Origin: an uncultured Phycisphaerales bacterium
Lineage (GTDB): Bacteria > Planctomycetota > Phycisphaerae > Tepidisphaerales > Tepidisphaeraceae
Direction: 5' to 3'
NCBI GenBank assembly: GCA_963755915.1
Contig: CAVWLP010000002.1
Span: 1,248,001-1,312,000 of the forward strand
DNA length: 64,000 nt
The translations under genes were made by a program, and so were the position numbers. The notes below the pieces were generated by a model. That model searched no databases, was not told the DNA's origin, and was given only the letters and a program-made list of their open reading frames with translations. Positions 21,054-33,371 of the stretch are shown here, one piece after another; within the stretch, counting starts at the first letter, position 1, and each line of letters opens with the position of its first letter.

Positions 21054-21136
21054 GGGTTAAGCGGCGCGGCGTTTGACAGGGTGAAGCGGCGAGCAAGCTC
21101 GCCGGCTACACGAAGAGTTGGGGGCGTGGGGGGAAG

Positions 21137-21481
21137 TTAGGCTTCGGGCTCGATGGTGACGGTGAGGCCCTTGGACTGGAACTGCTCCTGGTAGAGCTCT
21201 GCGCGTTCTTTGTGGGTGGTGAGGAGTAGGGCGAGTCCGCGATCGTGGGCTTCGAGCATGCGGTTCATGGCGTCCTGGCGATTGAGGGGGGTGAGCTCGA
21301 CAATCGACTGGATGACGAAGAGCATTTCGTTCTTATCATCATTGTGGAGCAGGACTTTCCACTTGGGGAGCTGGGCCGGGGGGGACTTGGCCGGGGTGGT
21401 CTGAGGCCGGGGCGCGGCGACAGCGGTAGAGGCCGTCCCTTCGGATGGCGGCGAATCGAGTTGTTTCCCCTGCTCAGGCAT
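21137..21481 (-). CDS. clpS: ATP-dependent Clp protease adaptor ClpS
   Basis: WKVLLHNDD, MLEAH, TIEPE. Confidence 0.88.
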   Translation of the reverse strand: MPEQGKQLDSPPSEGTASTAVAAPRPQTTPAKSPPAQLPKWKVLLHNDDKNEMLFVIQSIVELTPLNRQDAMNRMLEAHDRGLALLLTTHKERAELYQEQFQSKGLTVTIEPEA

Positions 21482-21666
21482 GTGGTACTAATCGGTCAAA
21501 ATACGACATCGGGCCAAACAACCCCATCGAATCATAATACACTTCAAATGTTCGACAGGAAAGCGGATTTTTCGGTAATGTTACGGTGATTTAGCGCCGC
21601 GGTAGTTCAAAATAGAGAATTTATGGGGCGATAAAGGACGGAACTCGGGCTACGGTTGTAATTTTC

Positions 21667-22831
21667 ATGGATGGAAACCAGCGAATAATTGCCGGAGCGA
21701 TGAGCGGGACCAGCGCGGATGGGGTGGACGTGGCGCTGGTGAGGATTACCGGATGCGGTCTGGAAATGAGGGCGGAGCTGATGCGGTGGCATGCGAGGGC
21801 TTTTCCGCGGGAGCTTCGAGAAGCCATCTGCTGGATCAGGATGGGGGAGAAGATAGCCATTGGGGAATTGGCGCGGGTGGGGAGGGAGATTTCGATTTGT
21901 TATGCGGCGGGGATCAATGAGGCGCTGCTGATGTCGGGAGTTGGGTCGGATGAGCTTGCCGCGGTGGCGGCGCATGGGCAGACGCTTTACCACGATCCGC
22001 CTTGCACGGTTCAATGGTTTGATCCGGCACTGGTGGCGGCGGAAGTGGGGTGCGCGGTGATCAGCGATTTTCGGCGGGCGGATTGCGCGGCGGGAGGGCA
22101 GGGGCGCCGCTGGTGCCGTTCGCGGATTTTGTGCTGTTTCGAGATCCAAAGAAGAACCGGGTGCTGCTGAATATTGGGGGGATTGCGAATATTACTTATC
22201 TTCCGCGCGGCGGGGGGATTGAGGATGTGGTGGCGTTCGATACGGGGCCGGGGAATTGTATCAGTGATTATCTGGTGCGGCAGGCGGATGGGGGCGGGGC
22301 GGGACATGATGCTGGGGGAAAGATGGCGGCGAGCGGGAGGGTGATCGAGGAGATCGTGGAGGGGGTGATGGGGGATGAGTATTTTGCGAAAGGGCCGCCG
22401 AAATCTACGGATGGGAAGGGGATGATTGAAATATTCTTGAAGCACGCGGCCCCCACCCTGGCCCTCCCCCGGAGTACCAGGGGAGGGGAAGAGGGGAAAA
22501 ATCGCTGGCGGATCTTTTGAGCACGGCGTGCGCGATTACCGTAAGATCGATCATGGAATCGATGCGGCGATTTTTGAAGGCGTTTCCGGAGGAGATTTTC
22601 GTCAGCGGCGGGGGAGTGCATAATGCGACGATGATGGGAATGCTGCGAAGCGCCGCGCGTGAGTCGGTGGTGAAGACGGCGGAGGATCTGGGGATTGCGG
22701 CGGAGGCGAAGGAGGCGATGGCGTTTGCGCTGCTGGGGGCGGCGACGCTGGATGGAGTGGGGGGGAATGTGCCGAGCGCGACGGGGGCGAGGAAGAGGGT
22801 GGTGTTGGGGTCGGTGACGCCCAGGCCGTGA
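21667..22831 (+). CDS. anmK: Anhydro-N-acetylmuramic acid kinase (indels near 22105 and 22500)
   Basis: MSGTSADGVD, HGQT, DFRRAD-AAGGQGAPLVP, NIGGIAN, FDTGPGN, PPKST, KEAMAFA. Confidence 0.92.
22451..22490. repeat. REP-like CCCTC(C/T)CCCGG-n-CC(A/G)GG(G)AGAGGG palindrome family (also 30752-30811, 46156-46197, 49227-49286, 53184-53226)
   Basis: Five related hairpin elements; two lie inside coding sequences. Confidence 0.85.
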
Positions 22832-22864
22832 GGGGAAATCTTAAATCCGAAATCCGAAGTCCGA

Positions 22865-23809
22865 ATGACGAATCAAACTCGAAATCCGAATGACGAAAGG
22901 GGGGCGGTGGTGGATCGATCGCATTTGCTCACGGAGCGGCGACTCGCGGAGTCGGTGAATCTGGATCGGCTTCCGGTTGCGGAGGCGCTGGCGATTTTTA
23001 ATGAGCAGGATGCGATCGCGGTGAGGGCGGTGGGTTCGCAACAGGAGCAGATTGCGCGGGCGATTGAAATCGTGGCGGGGGCGCTGGGGGCGGGGGGAAG
23101 GCTGATTTATGTGGGGGCGGGGACGAGCGGAAGGCTGGGAGTGCTGGATGCGGCGGAATGTCCGCCGACGTTTGGGGTCGATCCGAATATGGTGCAGGGG
23201 ATTATCGCGGGGGGGCCGTCGGCGGTTTTCCGGTCGGTCGAAGGGGCGGAGGATCGGGGGGAGTATGGGGCGGCGGCGATGGATGAGGCGAAGGTGGGGA
23301 AATTGGATGTGGTGATGGGGATCGCGGCGGGGGGGACTACGCCGTTTGTGCGCGGGGCGGTGGAGAGGGCGCGGGAGGTGGGGGCGAAGACGATTTTTTT
23401 GTGCTGCGTGGGTCAGACGCCGGGGGAGCCGGCGGTTGACGTGGTGATCCGGCCGCTGACGGGGGCGGAGATTTTGACGGGATCGACGCGGCTGAAAGCG
23501 GGGACGGCGACGAAGCTGGTGCTGAATCAGATTACGACACTGAGCATGGTGCGGCTGGGGAAGGTTTATGAGAATTTGATGGTGGATTTGAAGGCGACGA
23601 ATGCGAAATTGCGGGATCGGGCGGTGAGGATTGTGGCGACGTTGTGCGGGTTGTCGCGAGAGGAGGCGATGGGAGTGCTGGAATTGGCGGGGGGGGAAGT
23701 GAAGATGGCGATTGTGATGAAGAGACGTTCGGTTGATAAAAGGGAAGCGGCGGAGCTGCTGCGAAAGACCGCGGGGAATTTAAGGGAGGCGCTTTCGGGT
23801 CAGCGCTGA
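22865..23809 (+). CDS. murQ: N-acetylmuramic acid 6-phosphate etherase
   Basis: GAGTSGRLGVLDAAECPPTFG, GSTRLKAGTATK, NLMVD. Confidence 0.95.
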   Translation: MTNQTRNPNDERGAVVDRSHLLTERRLAESVNLDRLPVAEALAIFNEQDAIAVRAVGSQQEQIARAIEIVAGALGAGGRLIYVGAGTSGRLGVLDAAECPPTFGVDPNMVQGIIAGGPSAVFRSVEGAEDRGEYGAAAMDEAKVGKLDVVMGIAAGGTTPFVRGAVERAREVGAKTIFLCCVGQTPGEPAVDVVIRPLTGAEILTGSTRLKAGTATKLVLNQITTLSMVRLGKVYENLMVDLKATNAKLRDRAVRIVATLCGLSREEAMGVLELAGGEVKMAIVMKRRSVDKREAAELLRKTAGNLREALSGQR

Positions 23810-24942
23810 TCGATCGGCACGGTTTTGAGTCCCATCGGGCCGTGATAATCGTCCTGGGGGCGGATGATGCGGTTGTTGCTGTGCTGCTCCATGATGTGGG
23901 CGGTCCAGCCGGCGATTCTTGCGATGGCGAAGATAGGGGTGTAGAGGTCGATGGGGATGCCCATGGTGTAGTAGGCGCTGGCGCTGAAGAAATCGACGTT
24001 GGGGTCTTTGTTCTTCATTTCCTTGACGACGGGGATGAGCCGCTCGGACATTTCATACCACTTGGAGTTTCCGGCGGCTTCGCCGAGCTGTTTGCTCATT
24101 TTGCGGAGGAAGGCGGCGCGTGGATCGAAGGTTTTGTAGACGCGGTGACCGAAGCCGGGGACTTTTTCGCCGCTGGAGAGCATGGCGCGGACTTTTTTGA
24201 CGGCGGTTTCGGCGCTGCCGCAATCGAGGAGGAGCTGCATGACTTCCTGGTTGGCGCCGCCATGGAGGGGACCCTTGAGCGCGGCGATGGCCGCGGTGAC
24301 GGCGGCGTGCATGTCGGCGAGGGTGGCGGCGGTGACTCGGGCGGCGAAGGTGCTGGCGTTAAAGCCGTGCTCGGCGTGGAGGACCAGGGCGGCGTCGAGG
24401 ACGCGCACGAGGGTGTCGTGCGGGTGGGAGCCGGTGAGCATGTGCAGAAAGTTGGCGGCGATGGAAATGCCGGGGTCGGGCTCGATCAGTTTCTGGTTGT
24501 TGCGCAGGCGGTGGAAGGCGGCGACGATTGTCGGAAATTGAGCGGTGAGGCGGATGGCTTTTCGAAGGTTGGCGGCGGGTTCGTTGCTTTGAAGATCGGG
24601 GTCGGTGCTGCTGAGGGAGCTGACGGCGGTGCGAAGGGCGTCCATCGGCTCGGTGGAGGCGGGGAGGGCGCGGAGGATGGCCAGCGTGTGGCCGGGGAGG
24701 GTGGCGTGGGCGCCGAGATCGGATTTAAGTTTTGAAAGCTCGGAGCGGTTGGGGAGCTTGTTGGACCAGAGGAGGTAGGCGGTTTCCTCGAAGGAGGGGT
24801 TTTCGACGAGGTCGCCGATGTCGTAGCCGCGGTAGACCAATTTGCCGGCGGAGCCGTCGATGAAACAGATTTCGCTGGGTGCTGCGACGACGCCTTCAAG
24901 TCCGCCCGGATTTTTTGCTGGAGACGAAACCACCTGAGTCAT
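23800..24942 (-). CDS. Citrate synthase (type I / methylcitrate synthase family)
   Basis: GLEGV, HAEHGFNASTF, GPLHGGAN, GFGHRVYK, PNVDF. Confidence 0.93.
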   Translation of the reverse strand: MTQVVSSPAKNPGGLEGVVAAPSEICFIDGSAGKLVYRGYDIGDLVENPSFEETAYLLWSNKLPNRSELSKLKSDLGAHATLPGHTLAILRALPASTEPMDALRTAVSSLSSTDPDLQSNEPAANLRKAIRLTAQFPTIVAAFHRLRNNQKLIEPDPGISIAANFLHMLTGSHPHDTLVRVLDAALVLHAEHGFNASTFAARVTAATLADMHAAVTAAIAALKGPLHGGANQEVMQLLLDCGSAETAVKKVRAMLSSGEKVPGFGHRVYKTFDPRAAFLRKMSKQLGEAAGNSKWYEMSERLIPVVKEMKNKDPNVDFFSASAYYTMGIPIDLYTPIFAIARIAGWTAHIMEQHSNNRIIRPQDDYHGPMGLKTVPIDQR

Positions 24943-25255
24943 GCAAACTCCGATCAACCAAAATCGCGAGGTTCCACCGCAAATGCGAGGGTTCCGGCGG
25001 ACTATAGCGGTGGGGGGGAGGGGTCGTCAATTCAAAAGTGGGGGTTGCGGCAAAGTGTTTGGGGGCGGATATTTGGGGCCTGAAAACGGGGCGAAAGCAA
25101 GTCAATGGTGAGGGTTGCAAGGGGTGTGAGGGAGGCGGGTTCGGGGAGGTAAACGGCGAAGATTACGCTGTCGGAATTCTGTCTGCTGGAGGCGGCGACG
25201 GGGCGGGCGGATTAGGCTTGACGAAGTCGGGGTCGATTGGGCAACCTAGCTGGCC

Positions 25256-25594
25256 ATGGAACCCACACTATTTTCAAAGATCATCGATCGGAAGATTCCG
25301 GCGAAGGTGGCGTATGAGGATGAGCGATATATTGCGATCTATGACATCAGCCCTCAGGCGCCGGTGCATTTTCTGGTGATTACCAAGAAGGTGATTCCGA
25401 CGCTGAATGATCTGAAGCCGGGGGATGCGGAGCTGGTGGGGGGGATGTTTCTGGTGGCGGCGCAATTGATGAAGCAGATGGGGCATAGCGATTATCGAAC
25501 GGTCTTTAACTGCGGGCCGGGGGCGAATCAGACGGTTTTTCATCTGCATTTGCATGTGCTGGCGGGGAGGGAGTTTGGGTGGCCACCGGGGTGA
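25256..25594 (+). CDS. Histidine triad nucleotide-binding protein
   Basis: FHLHLHVLAGR-WPPG, PQAPVH. Confidence 0.93.
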   Translation: MEPTLFSKIIDRKIPAKVAYEDERYIAIYDISPQAPVHFLVITKKVIPTLNDLKPGDAELVGGMFLVAAQLMKQMGHSDYRTVFNCGPGANQTVFHLHLHVLAGREFGWPPG

Positions 25595-25694
25595 CCCTGG
25601 ATACGGAATCGCGACTCTTGGGGGGTGCGAAACGCACCCCTGCGGGGTTGCGACTAAACGGGGAGGGGTATTTCTCACGAGTGTGGTCATCGAA

Positions 25695-26657
25695 TCAGCC
25701 GGCGCCGCCGATGAGGATGCCGGCGAGAAAGACAAGCACGCCGCCGACGATGACCTGGAAGGCGGCGGAGAGGAAGGGGGTGTCCATGTAATGGTTGCGG
25801 ATATAGCTGATGACCAGCAGCTCGATGGCGACGACGATGACGGCGACGGCGGTGGCGGTGTGGAAGCTGGGGATGAGAAAGGGCATGGTGTGGCCGATGC
25901 CGCCGGCGGTGGTCATCAGGCCGCAGACGATGCCGCGGAGGAGGGGTTTTCCGCGGCCGGTGAGTGAGCCATCGTCGCTGGCGGATTCCGCGAAGCCCAT
26001 GGAGATTCCCGCGCCGACGCTGGCGGCGAGGCCGACGCGGAAGGCGTCGTGGGAACTTTGGGTGGCGAAGGCGGCGGCAAAGAGGGGGGCGAGGGTGGAG
26101 ACGGAGCCGTCCATCAAGCCGGCCAATCCCGGCTGGACGACCTGGAGGACGAAGAGCCGGCGGGTGGCTTCGTCCTCGGCATTTTCGGCGGCCGGAGTCA
26201 GGTTTTTTTCGGTCAGGGATTCAGCGAGCTGCTCGTGGCCGCGCTCGGCCTGGGCGAGGTCGAGCAGCAACTGGCGGGTGGAGACATCCGACACTTTCTC
26301 GGCGGATTTTTCGTAAAAGAGGCGGGTTTCCAATTCCATCGATTCGGCGAGCTTGCGGACGGATTTGATGGGAAGCACGCGCGTTGTCCAGACGGGGCGG
26401 CGGTTGACGAAGCCTTTGACGTCGCCGCGGCGGAGGAGGGGAATGTGCTCGCCGAAACGCTGGCGGTAGATTTCGGTGAGGCGGCGGTGGTGCTCGACTT
26501 CCTCGGCGCGCATGCCGTCGAAAACTTTGGCGGTGGAGGGGTTGTCGGTGCTGAGGCGCGTGGCGATGTCGGCGTAGATTCTGGCGTCTTCTTCTTCAGA
26601 GGAGATGGCGACGGCGAGGATTTCCTGTTCGGTGAGGTCGATGAAGCGTTTGGGCAT
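25695..26657 (-). CDS. mbfA: Iron exporter MbfA (rubrerythrin + VIT1 domains)
   Basis: EEED/EEVEHH/E..H diiron motifs followed by [17 protein letters not shown] and DDGSLTGRG. Confidence 0.9.
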   Translation of the reverse strand: MPKRFIDLTEQEILAVAISSEEEDARIYADIATRLSTDNPSTAKVFDGMRAEEVEHHRRLTEIYRQRFGEHIPLLRRGDVKGFVNRRPVWTTRVLPIKSVRKLAESMELETRLFYEKSAEKVSDVSTRQLLLDLAQAERGHEQLAESLTEKNLTPAAENAEDEATRRLFVLQVVQPGLAGLMDGSVSTLAPLFAAAFATQSSHDAFRVGLAASVGAGISMGFAESASDDGSLTGRGKPLLRGIVCGLMTTAGGIGHTMPFLIPSFHTATAVAVIVVAIELLVISYIRNHYMDTPFLSAAFQVIVGGVLVFLAGILIGGAG

Positions 26658-26806
26658 TGGGGCTCCGAGAAGGTGGAAGGGGCGGGGGATTTTATCAAAT
26701 TGTGAGGGACGAAGGGATTTTTGAAAGGGCGGAGCGGCGAGCCGTTCGGCGGGCTCACGGCGAGCAAGCTCGCCGGCTACACGGGATACAAGGGGGTATA
26801 CGGGGG

Positions 26807-28500
26807 TTACTTTACCGCGGGCTGCTGCTGGAGGGCTTTTCTTACTTCGCTGAGGAGTTGCTCTACGCGGAAGGGTTTGAAGAGGACGGCCTGGAGGCCC
26901 TCCTGGCTGGCGCGGACGATGCTGTGGTTGGGGTCGTAGCCGAAGCCGGTCATGAGGATGACGGGGGTGATGGTGTTTTTCTTGTGCGCGGCGGCGAAGA
27001 CGTCGTAGCCGTTTTTGTCGGGCATTTTGATGTCGCTGATGACCAAATCGAACGTGGTTTGTTCGACGAGGGTGATGGCTTCGCAGCCGCAGGCGGCGAT
27101 GGTGACGCGGGCGTGATATTTGCGGAGGACGTCGCTGATGGTGTTGCGGATGTTGGGCTCGTCGTCGGCGACGAGGATGCTCATGTTGCTGATGATCGGG
27201 TCATCGGCGCCTTTGACGTCGCCGGTGCCGAGGATGGTTTTGGGGCCTTCGGCGGCCTGGCGGAGGCTTTTGCGGATGGTGCCGACGTTGTCGAGGATCT
27301 GCTGGAGGCGGAGGCGGAGGTCTTCCTGGCCGATGTATTCGTCGATCAGGGCGTTGGCATCGGAGGCGATGTCGTTCAGGGGTCCGGCGACTTCGCTGCA
27401 GACGTCGTCGGCGACTTTGTGGCTGGTGCTGACGCGCTCGACGACCATGAGGTCGAGAATGTTGAGGGCAATGGCGACGTAGCGGCCGAAGATTTCGGCG
27501 AACTGGCGGTCGTCTTCGTTGAAGGCGGCGCGCTGGCGGCTTTCGATATTGAAGATGCCGATGACCTTGTCGTGCAGGCGAAGGGGAACGGTGAGGCTGC
27601 TCTTGGCGCTGTCGAGGCCGACGACGTAGCGCGGATCGCGGTCGACGTCGGGGCAGATGTAGCTTCGGCCGGTGGCGGCGACGTAGCCGCTGATTCCGTT
27701 GCCCTCGGTTTCGGCGAGAAGGTCGATGGCGCAGCGCTTCGGGGGCAAGGCCGGCGCTGATGACCAGCTCTAGCTTGTTGTTCTTGCGGTCGAGCAGGCG
27801 GATGGCGAAATGATCGAAATGCATCAGCTCGCGCGTGAAGCTGATGATTTTTTCCTCGAGGAGCTTGAGGCGCTGGCCGACGTTGAGCTTGCTCATGGCG
27901 TCGCCTTCGAGGCGGACGAGCTCGCGGCCGGCCTTGTCGATGGCGTCGATTTTCTGCTGTAGGCGGCGGGTGCCGGTGGCGTCCCAGACGACGGCGACGA
28001 CCTGCACGACCTGCCCGCGCGGATTGATCACCGGGCTGGCGATCAGTTCCATGTATTGCTGGTCTTCGATATTCAGAGCGTAACGTTTTGATCGGCTGAA
28101 GGCGGGGGCGTCGGGGGTTTGCGGGGAGACTTGCTTGCTGAAGAGGTCGAAGGCTTCCTGACACGTGCGGCGGATTTTTTCGTGGATCCTCGCGGGCCAG
28201 GCCTGCATCTTTTTGTTCATCCAGTTGGAGCGGCCTTCGCGATCGACGATGCAGACGCCTTCGCCGATGGTGTTGAGGATAAGGTTTGCCTGCTGGCTGA
28301 TGAGGGCGCGTTCGAGGGGGAGGAAATCGGAGGCTTCGGAGAAGATGGCGGAGAACTGATCGGTTTTGATCAGTTCGATGGCTTTGTCGATGGAGTCGAC
28401 CTGCTCGACCTCGCAACGCGATTTGAGACCCTCGATAGCGGCAGCGTTAGCTGCTCGAGGGACCGCCTAAGACCAAAACTTTATTCCGCGGAAGTTCCAA
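26807..28500 (-). CDS. PAS-GAF-REC signalling protein (indels near 28455 and 27735)
   Basis: IGEGVCIVD (PAS), GISGYVAATGRSY/SLTVPL (GAF), ILVADDE...SDIKMPDKNG...KPF (REC). Confidence 0.8.
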
Positions 28501-28656
28501 ACCTAAATTCCCGCTTCTAGAGGCCGTTGTATTGTAGGCTGTATTGTAGATTGTGAAACATTTCTCAGTCAATTTAAAACTGGCGTGGCGACGGGGTTAT
28601 CGGGCTATTTTTTTGGGTGATGGGGCAGGGTGCGGGATTTGACGATGATGAGGGAT

Positions 28657-28735
28657 GAGTTGCGGGTTGCGAGTCGCCAGTTGCGAGTGAAATACGCGGT
28701 ATTTGCTCGCAACTCGCAACTTGTAGCCCGCAACC
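28657..28735. repeat. Inverted heptamer repeats (GAGTTGC / GCAACTC)
   Basis: GAGTTGC-like x4 facing TCGCAAC-like x4. Confidence 0.8.
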
Positions 28736-28821
28736 TGGTTCTATAACCAGTTCTTGTCCCGGTTCCGAATGCGGTTACACTGAAATGAGGGGAAATGGTT
28801 GTTGCAGCAGGAGATAATTAA

Positions 28822-30697
<1,876 letters not shown>

Positions 30698-30865
30698 AAT
30701 CCTGATTGCCGGGTTTGGGTGAGGGTCTGGTTAGAAATCTGACGCACCGGCGGCCCTCACCCGCGCGGGCTTTGGCCCGCTTGCCCTCTTCCGGGGTACC
30801 GGGAGAGGGGAAACGCGCGGAATTTGCAGCATGGGATGCGGGCGGGGTATTTTTTCCTGCGTTCC

Positions 30866-33371
30866 ATGAATATCGGGTGGGCTCCAATTCGCCGAGTTTC
30901 GCAATTTGTGCGGCAGCGTCCGGGTGTCGCATTTACGCTTCTTCTGATTCTGGGGATTGCGCTTGGCGGGGTGCTGGCGGTCAAACCTGCGGTGTGGCTG
31001 GCGCTGGCGACGGGGTTTTTGATTTTGACGATTGTGAGCCGGCGGGTTTTTGTGGTTGGGGCGGCGATTGTTTTTGTGGGGATATCCGCGGCGCAGATCG
31101 CGCGGTTTCAGTTTCCATCCGATTCGATTGGTAATTTTGCGACGGATTCGGAGCGTTTGGCACAGATCGAGGCGCGGATCGACGATCCGCCGCGATTGCT
31201 CCTCTCTTCGGCGGCGGGGCTTCGACTGGCGCCGCCGAAACAGACGGCGACTGCGTCGGTGCGGGCGGTGCGGACGACAAGCGGGTGGGAAGAGGCGTCG
31301 GGGAAGATTGCGATCACGATTGAGGAGCCGAATATTCTTCTGCGGGCCGGGCAGACGGTGCGGATGATCGGGATGCTGCAGCGGCCCGGTGGGGCGATGA
31401 ATCCGGGGGAGTTTGATTACGCGGCGTGGTGCAGGCAGCAGCGGATTTTGGCGACGGTTCGGGTGAGCCATGCGGAGGGAGTACAGATTCTGGCGGAGCC
31501 CTGGCCGCAGCCGATGCTGTGGCTGCGGCGGAAGACGCGGCGATCTGCTGGCGGAGGGGTTTGACGAACGACAGACGTATGACCAGTCGCTGCTGCGGGC
31601 GTTTGTGCTGGGGGATAGCGATCCGGAGCTTGCGGACCTGGACGACAAATTCGTCCGCACGGGTATGGTTCATTATCTCGTCGTCAGCGGATTGCACGTG
31701 GCGATCGTGGGAGAATTCGCGCTGCTGATTTGCCGGCTTCTGCGGCGTTCGCCGCGGACTTCGGCGATGATCGCGCTGGGGGTGGTGGTGTTTTATGCGA
31801 TGGTGGCAAATCCAACCTGGCCGGGGTGGCGGTCGATCATTCTGTGCGCCTCGGCGACGGCGGGGCTGCTTTTTCGCCGGGCGGTGGATGCGCTGCACAA
31901 TTTCGCGCTGGGCGTGGCGGCGGTGCTGCTGATTCATCCGGCCGACCTGGGGGAGGGAGGGTTTCAGGTGAGTTGCGCGGCGGTGCTGGGATTCATTCTT
32001 TTCGCGGGGATGGTGGAGAAACGGTTCTGGAGCTGGTGGCAGGGGCCCGATCCGGGGCCGATGAATATTCGGCGCAGCGCGATTCGGACTGTCGCTCGCG
32101 CGGCGTTTCGATGGATGATGCTGATCCTGATCGGCGGATGCGTGGCGTGGGCGATGTGCTTTCCGCTGATTGCGTATCACTTCAACCAACTGAATTTCTG
32201 GTCGGTGCTGGCGGGGGTGGTGATTCTTCCGCTGACGATCGTCGCGATGGCAGGGGGGATCGCGAAAATCGTGCTGACGCTGCTGTGGCCAAGCGGGGCG
32301 CATCTGTGGGCCACGATGGCGTGTGGGCCCGTGTCGCTCATGCATCATGCGATTGAATTTCTGGATCGGCTGCCCGGGGCGTCGATGACGGTGGCGCCGC
32401 CAGGGATTGGGCTGATCGTGGCGTATTACTGTTTGATCGCGTTATTTTTCGTTCCAATCAGCGGGGTTGTTTTTCGATGGAGCGCGCGGGCGGTGTGCGC
32501 AATTGCGTGCGTCCTGTTTTTCTTCGCGCCGGGTCTGGCCGGGGGAGCGCCGCTGGCGGCGGGTGGTGGCGGGCTTCACATTGCGCTGCTTTCTGTCGGC
32601 GAAGGGCAGGCGGCCATCATTGAGCCGCGGGCGGGACACGCGGTGTTTGTGGATGATGGGTCGGAGACGATTTCCGATGTGGGGCGGGGGGTGATTTTGC
32701 CGTATTTGCGATTCGAGGATGATGGGCATGTCGACAAAATATTTCTGAGCGAGTGCGATTTCGATCGCATCAGCGGGACGGGGCAGATACTGGGCGAATA
32801 TGGGTCGCCGGCGGTTTTTACCGGCCGGCAGTTCGCGCAGTTGGCGGAGGGGAATTTCGCGGCGCAGTCGCTGGCGAGATTTCTGGAGAGGAGCAATCAT
32901 CCGGCGGCGAATATTTCGCGGGGGGATCATGTGGATTTGGGAAACGGGGCGACGGTGGAGGTTCTCTGGCCGCCGGCGGATTGCGACATGACTTCGGCGA
33001 ATTGCGGGTTGGTATTGAAATTGAAATTCGCCGCGACTTCGGTGCTGTTTACGGCGGATATCGAAGAGCCGGCGCAGCGGGCGCTGCTGAGGCATCCCGA
33101 AGAACTTAGCGCGGATGTGCTGATCGCGCCGCACTATGGGAGCGCCGAGGCGTCAACGGCGGCGTTTCTGCTGGCCGTGCATCCGCGGTTTATCCTGGCT
33201 TCCAGCGGGGAAAAGCTGACGCGCAAGCAGCGGCTGTTCGATATCCTGGCAAAGAATTATTCCTTTTACCGAACCGGGGAGTGCGGCGCGATTGATCTGA
33301 CGATCGGCAACGATGGGCAGATTTCCGTGCGAACGTTTCTCACGAAAGCTGGCGGACAATCCGGGAAATAA
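30866..33371 (+). CDS. comEC: ComEC/Rec2 competence protein (indel near 31540)
   Basis: OB-like domain (NPGEFDY), Competence domain (HYLVVSGLHV), C-terminal beta-lactamase-like domain. Confidence 0.88.

Noticed and set aside
28740-28821. glmS ribozyme upstream of glmS
   Set aside because: No recognisable glmS ribozyme core; the upstream structure is explained by the heptamer inverted array.
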